A stretch of 63,305 nt of DNA, filler included, from Reclinomonas americana ATCC 50394 (lineage: Eukaryota), in assembly GCA_048213135.1 (NCBI GenBank). It is 7 parts of 3 records of this genome, joined end to end, with 100 filler letters (N's around TTAATTAATTAA, not from the genome) between each part and the next. Parts side by side here need not be neighbours in the genome. Positions count along the whole stretch, not along the records: positions 58,208 to 61,395 come from PS015257.1; positions 61,496 to 63,305 come from PS015260.1; 5 more parts are not named here. The stretch is one strand, 5' to 3'. Shown one piece after another: positions 60,688 to 63,305 of the stretch (position 1 is its first letter; each line of letters begins with the position of its first letter). A program made the position numbers and the translations under genes. Below the pieces are notes generated by a model. That model had not been told where the DNA came from and searched no databases. It saw nothing but the letters and a program-made list of their open reading frames with translations.

Positions 60688-61340
60688 TTAAGCCAGAGCA
60701 GGCACGGTGCCGTGATACCGCTCCATCTCCTCCTCCACACCAAACCGTCTCGAATCCTCCTCTTGCGGCAATCGGTGGAACACCAACAGCAACATCAGAA
60801 TCGGCAAGTGCAACAGGCTGAGCCTGAACACGCGCCGTGCCGTGTCGTTGTTGGTATCCCGATAGAACCGGTACGCCTCCACCGCGAAGGCGCCGGTGAC
60901 GATGGCCGAGTCGAGGGCGAACCATGGCGAACACACACCTGTTCAGAGCGAAACCATTCAGCGGCGGAGATAAAAAATAACCCATAGATCCAACTGCGTG
61001 ACGAGTCTTCTCTCGCTCACCGAGTGCGGGCGCCAGGGCACTAATAGAGAACAAGTAGAGTGTGTTGCGGAAGGTGACAACGCCGACCTTGTCCGGGTGC
61101 GTCACTGACAGCATCTTGTAGCCGGCACCCGCGTAGTCGTTGCGGCAGAGCCAGGCCAGCGAGAAGAAGTGCGGCATTTGCCACAGGTACAGGGTGAGGG
61201 CCAGCACGCTGGCCGACAGCGGAATGTACCCGCACACGGCAGTGTAGCCCATCACCGGCGGCAGCGCACCGACCACTGAGCCCACCCACGTGTTCACCGG
61301 GTGGCGCAGCTTCAGTGGCGTGTACACCAACGCGTACAGA
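60688..61340 (-). CDS. COX10: COX10 C-terminal two exons, in opposite orientation to the 5' half
   Basis: LYALVYTPLKLRHPVNTWVGSVVGALPPVMGY...LYLWQMPHFFSLAW...DYAGAGYKML...ARRVFRLSLLHLP. Confidence 0.95.
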
Positions 61341-61439
61341 CTGCACGGAGTCACACACAAATCATCAAAAGCCTGCAAATAGGAAAACTCCTGCGNNNNN
61401 NNNNNNNNNNNNNNNNNNNNNNNNNNNNNNNNNNNNNNN

Positions 61440-61451
61440 TTAATTAATTAA
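61440..61451. other. Artificial scaffold linker
   Basis: TTAATTAATTAA in an N run. Confidence 0.97.
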
Positions 61452-61979
61452 NNNNNNNNNNNNNNNNNNNNNNNNNNNNNNNNNNNNNNNNNNNNGGAGC
61501 AGAGAGTGATGGAGAAGGATGCGGAGAAAGTGCAGGGGAGGAGATGTGAGAGGAGTTGAGTGTGTGCAGGGGCGGAGAGAGAGGAGTTAAGCGACGATCA
61601 CATGACCACCATGCGAGCATGGCACGCGCGCGCCTGGCCCACGCACGATGCAGAGATGCCGCGCGATCGTGGCATTGCATCAGACACCACCGCGCACACG
61701 TGCATCGTGCGGAAAGCAAGCAAGAGAGCAAGTGCGTGCGTGTGTGCGTGAGGAAGATCTGTGCGGCAATGACTCACCGAGCACCGTGACCTTTTCTCCA
61801 GCCGCAGCCATGATTCACAAAGGAGGGGGGATAACGAAAGAGGGAAGGGTTGGGGGAAGGGCAAGCAAAGGAGGGGGGGTAACGATCGCGCGAGTGGCTG
61901 AGAAGCCGATGAATGATCGATTGTCCTGTCGCGAGCCGCTTTGTTTTTGTTTTGTGCGTGTTGAGCGCGCACACACACA

Positions 61980-63305
61980 ATGGACTCTGATTACTTCAAG
62001 ACGCCGTCGCGGCCGCCGCCGATCGACATGAGCTCGTCGGCGCGACCTGCCTCGCCAGTGCAGTTGCGCACACACGCACACATGAAGAAAAAAACGCGTG
62101 CCATGTCTCACTAACTCTCTCTTTCTCTCTCTCTCTGTGCAGCTTGCAACGTCAGTATGGATCGCCACTGAACAACCCGCAGTCGCCCTCCGCCAAGGAC
62201 GCGTTCTCGCGCACTGATTTGTACATTCGTCAGGTGTGCGCGGGCCCAACTCTCACTCTTTTGTCTCCTCTCTTCTTTCTCTTGCTTGCTCACTCTGCAC
62301 ACGCGCGCGTATAGACTGACAAGCAACGCGAGACGACCTTCCATCGCCTGCACAAGTACCTGGAGTCGGCTGAGGCTGAGCTGGAGAGTGGACGCGGTGA
62401 GTGTCTCTGTGTGTGTGTGATTGTTCCGCACTCCGGACCCTCTTTGCTGTGTTGCGGGCCCTCTTCTCTCACTCTCTCAGAGTGGGCCCTTCTGTGTGTG
62501 CCTCTTTGAGTCTCTCTCTTTGTCTATGTGTGTCTCTGTGTGCGTCTGTGTGTCTCTTTCTCTCTTTCCTCTCCCCTTCTGTCTGTCTCCCTCGCTGTCC
62601 TTCTCTCTCTTTCCTCCCTTTCTCTCTCCTTCTCCCTCTTTCCTCCCTCTTCTCTCTCCTTCTCTCCTCCTCCCTCTCTCCTTCTTTCTCTGTCTCCTTT
62701 CTCTTCTTCTCCTTCTCACTCCTCCTCTCTCCTTCCCTCCCTCGCTGTCCTTCTCTCTCTTTCCTCCCCTTCCTCTCTTCTTCGCTCTCTCCTTCGCTCT
62801 CTCCTTCTCCCTCTTCTCTGGGCCTCTCTCTCCCTTTCTCACACTCTGCGCAGAGAAAACGCAGCGACTGTTGAACCGCCTGGAGACGTTGGAGCGCTCA
62901 TTGGAGGACGAGAGGCTGCGATGGCGTGATGAGTGGGAACGCGAGGCACAGGTGTGTGTGTGTGGAGTCATTGCCACTGTGATTGAGCTGTGTGCTCACT
63001 CTTTCTCCTCCCGTGCAGCGTCGTGCGTTGCTGCGCAGCATGTCGGTGTCGCATCATACGCTGGGCTCGACGCGAGGAGCGAGCCCTGTGGGAGACCACA
63101 CGTACTGAGCGGGCTCCGTTCTTTTTTTTTCACTTCAGATATTTTTTTCTAGCGCACGCACATGCGTGGTGGTGGTGGCCCTCTTCTTGGTGTGTTGTAT
63201 GTTGATGAGTGCGATGGAGATTGAAAAAGAACAGTGGCCACTTTTTCCCTCTCTTTTCATCAGTATCGCACAATGCTGTCGGCGGTGAGCTCGTCCAGGC
63301 GCAGA
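61980..63305 (+). CDS. Hypothetical coiled-coil protein, 5' part
   Basis: MDSDYFKTPSRPPP...|LQRQYGSP...|TDKQRETTFHRLHKYLESAEAELE...|EKTQRLLNRLETLERSLEDERLRW splice in frame. Confidence 0.6.

Noticed and set aside
9209-61395. Ciliate-style gene scrambling or systematic trans-splicing
   Set aside because: Every orientation switch coincides with an N gap, no pointer repeats are visible, and simple flips restore collinearity.
28067-61495. Six identical TTAATTAATTAA motifs as a biological repeat
   Set aside because: Each is centred in exactly 100 bp of 44 N + 12 + 44 N; this is an artificial six-frame-stop linker.
1-63305. Alternative genetic code
   Set aside because: TAA (COPB2), TGA (DYNLT, MPDU1) and TAG (F-box gene, esterase) all act as terminators; in-frame stops in conserved genes fall within introns.
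1-63305. tRNA, rRNA or snRNA genes
   Set aside because: None recognised by eye; a covariance-model scan would be needed to exclude them.

Overview
Gene-dense, intron-rich nuclear DNA of a flagellated eukaryote with aerobic mitochondria (DRC11/IQCA1, a Tctex-1 dynein light chain and COX10 are present). The taxon cannot be named from the sequence alone. The window is a gappy draft: many N gaps plus six artificial 100-bp linkers (44 N + TTAATTAATTAA + 44 N). Recognisable genes: COPB2, an SCI1-like protein, a membrane patatin-like phospholipase, a PH-domain protein, a secreted SGNH/CE2-like esterase, DRC11/IQCA1, MPDU1, a divergent Skp1, DYNLT, an EF-hand protein, an F-box/Cys-rich protein and COX10, plus several orphans. 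Most introns are about 55-100 nt GT-AG; a few are inflated by micro- and minisatellites. Main observations: (1) about 15 introns use a +1-shifted 5' splice-site class (mostly GTTGCGT) instead of the usual +5G donor; (2) beta'-COP itself ends in a KKxx motif that a NAGNAG acceptor could switch off; (3) several genes are split into oppositely oriented halves exactly at gaps, most likely mis-oriented contigs; (4) a triplicated start region creates uORFs; (5) one protein carries three copies of an unfamiliar Myb-like domain. All gene models and intron coordinates were read by eye.
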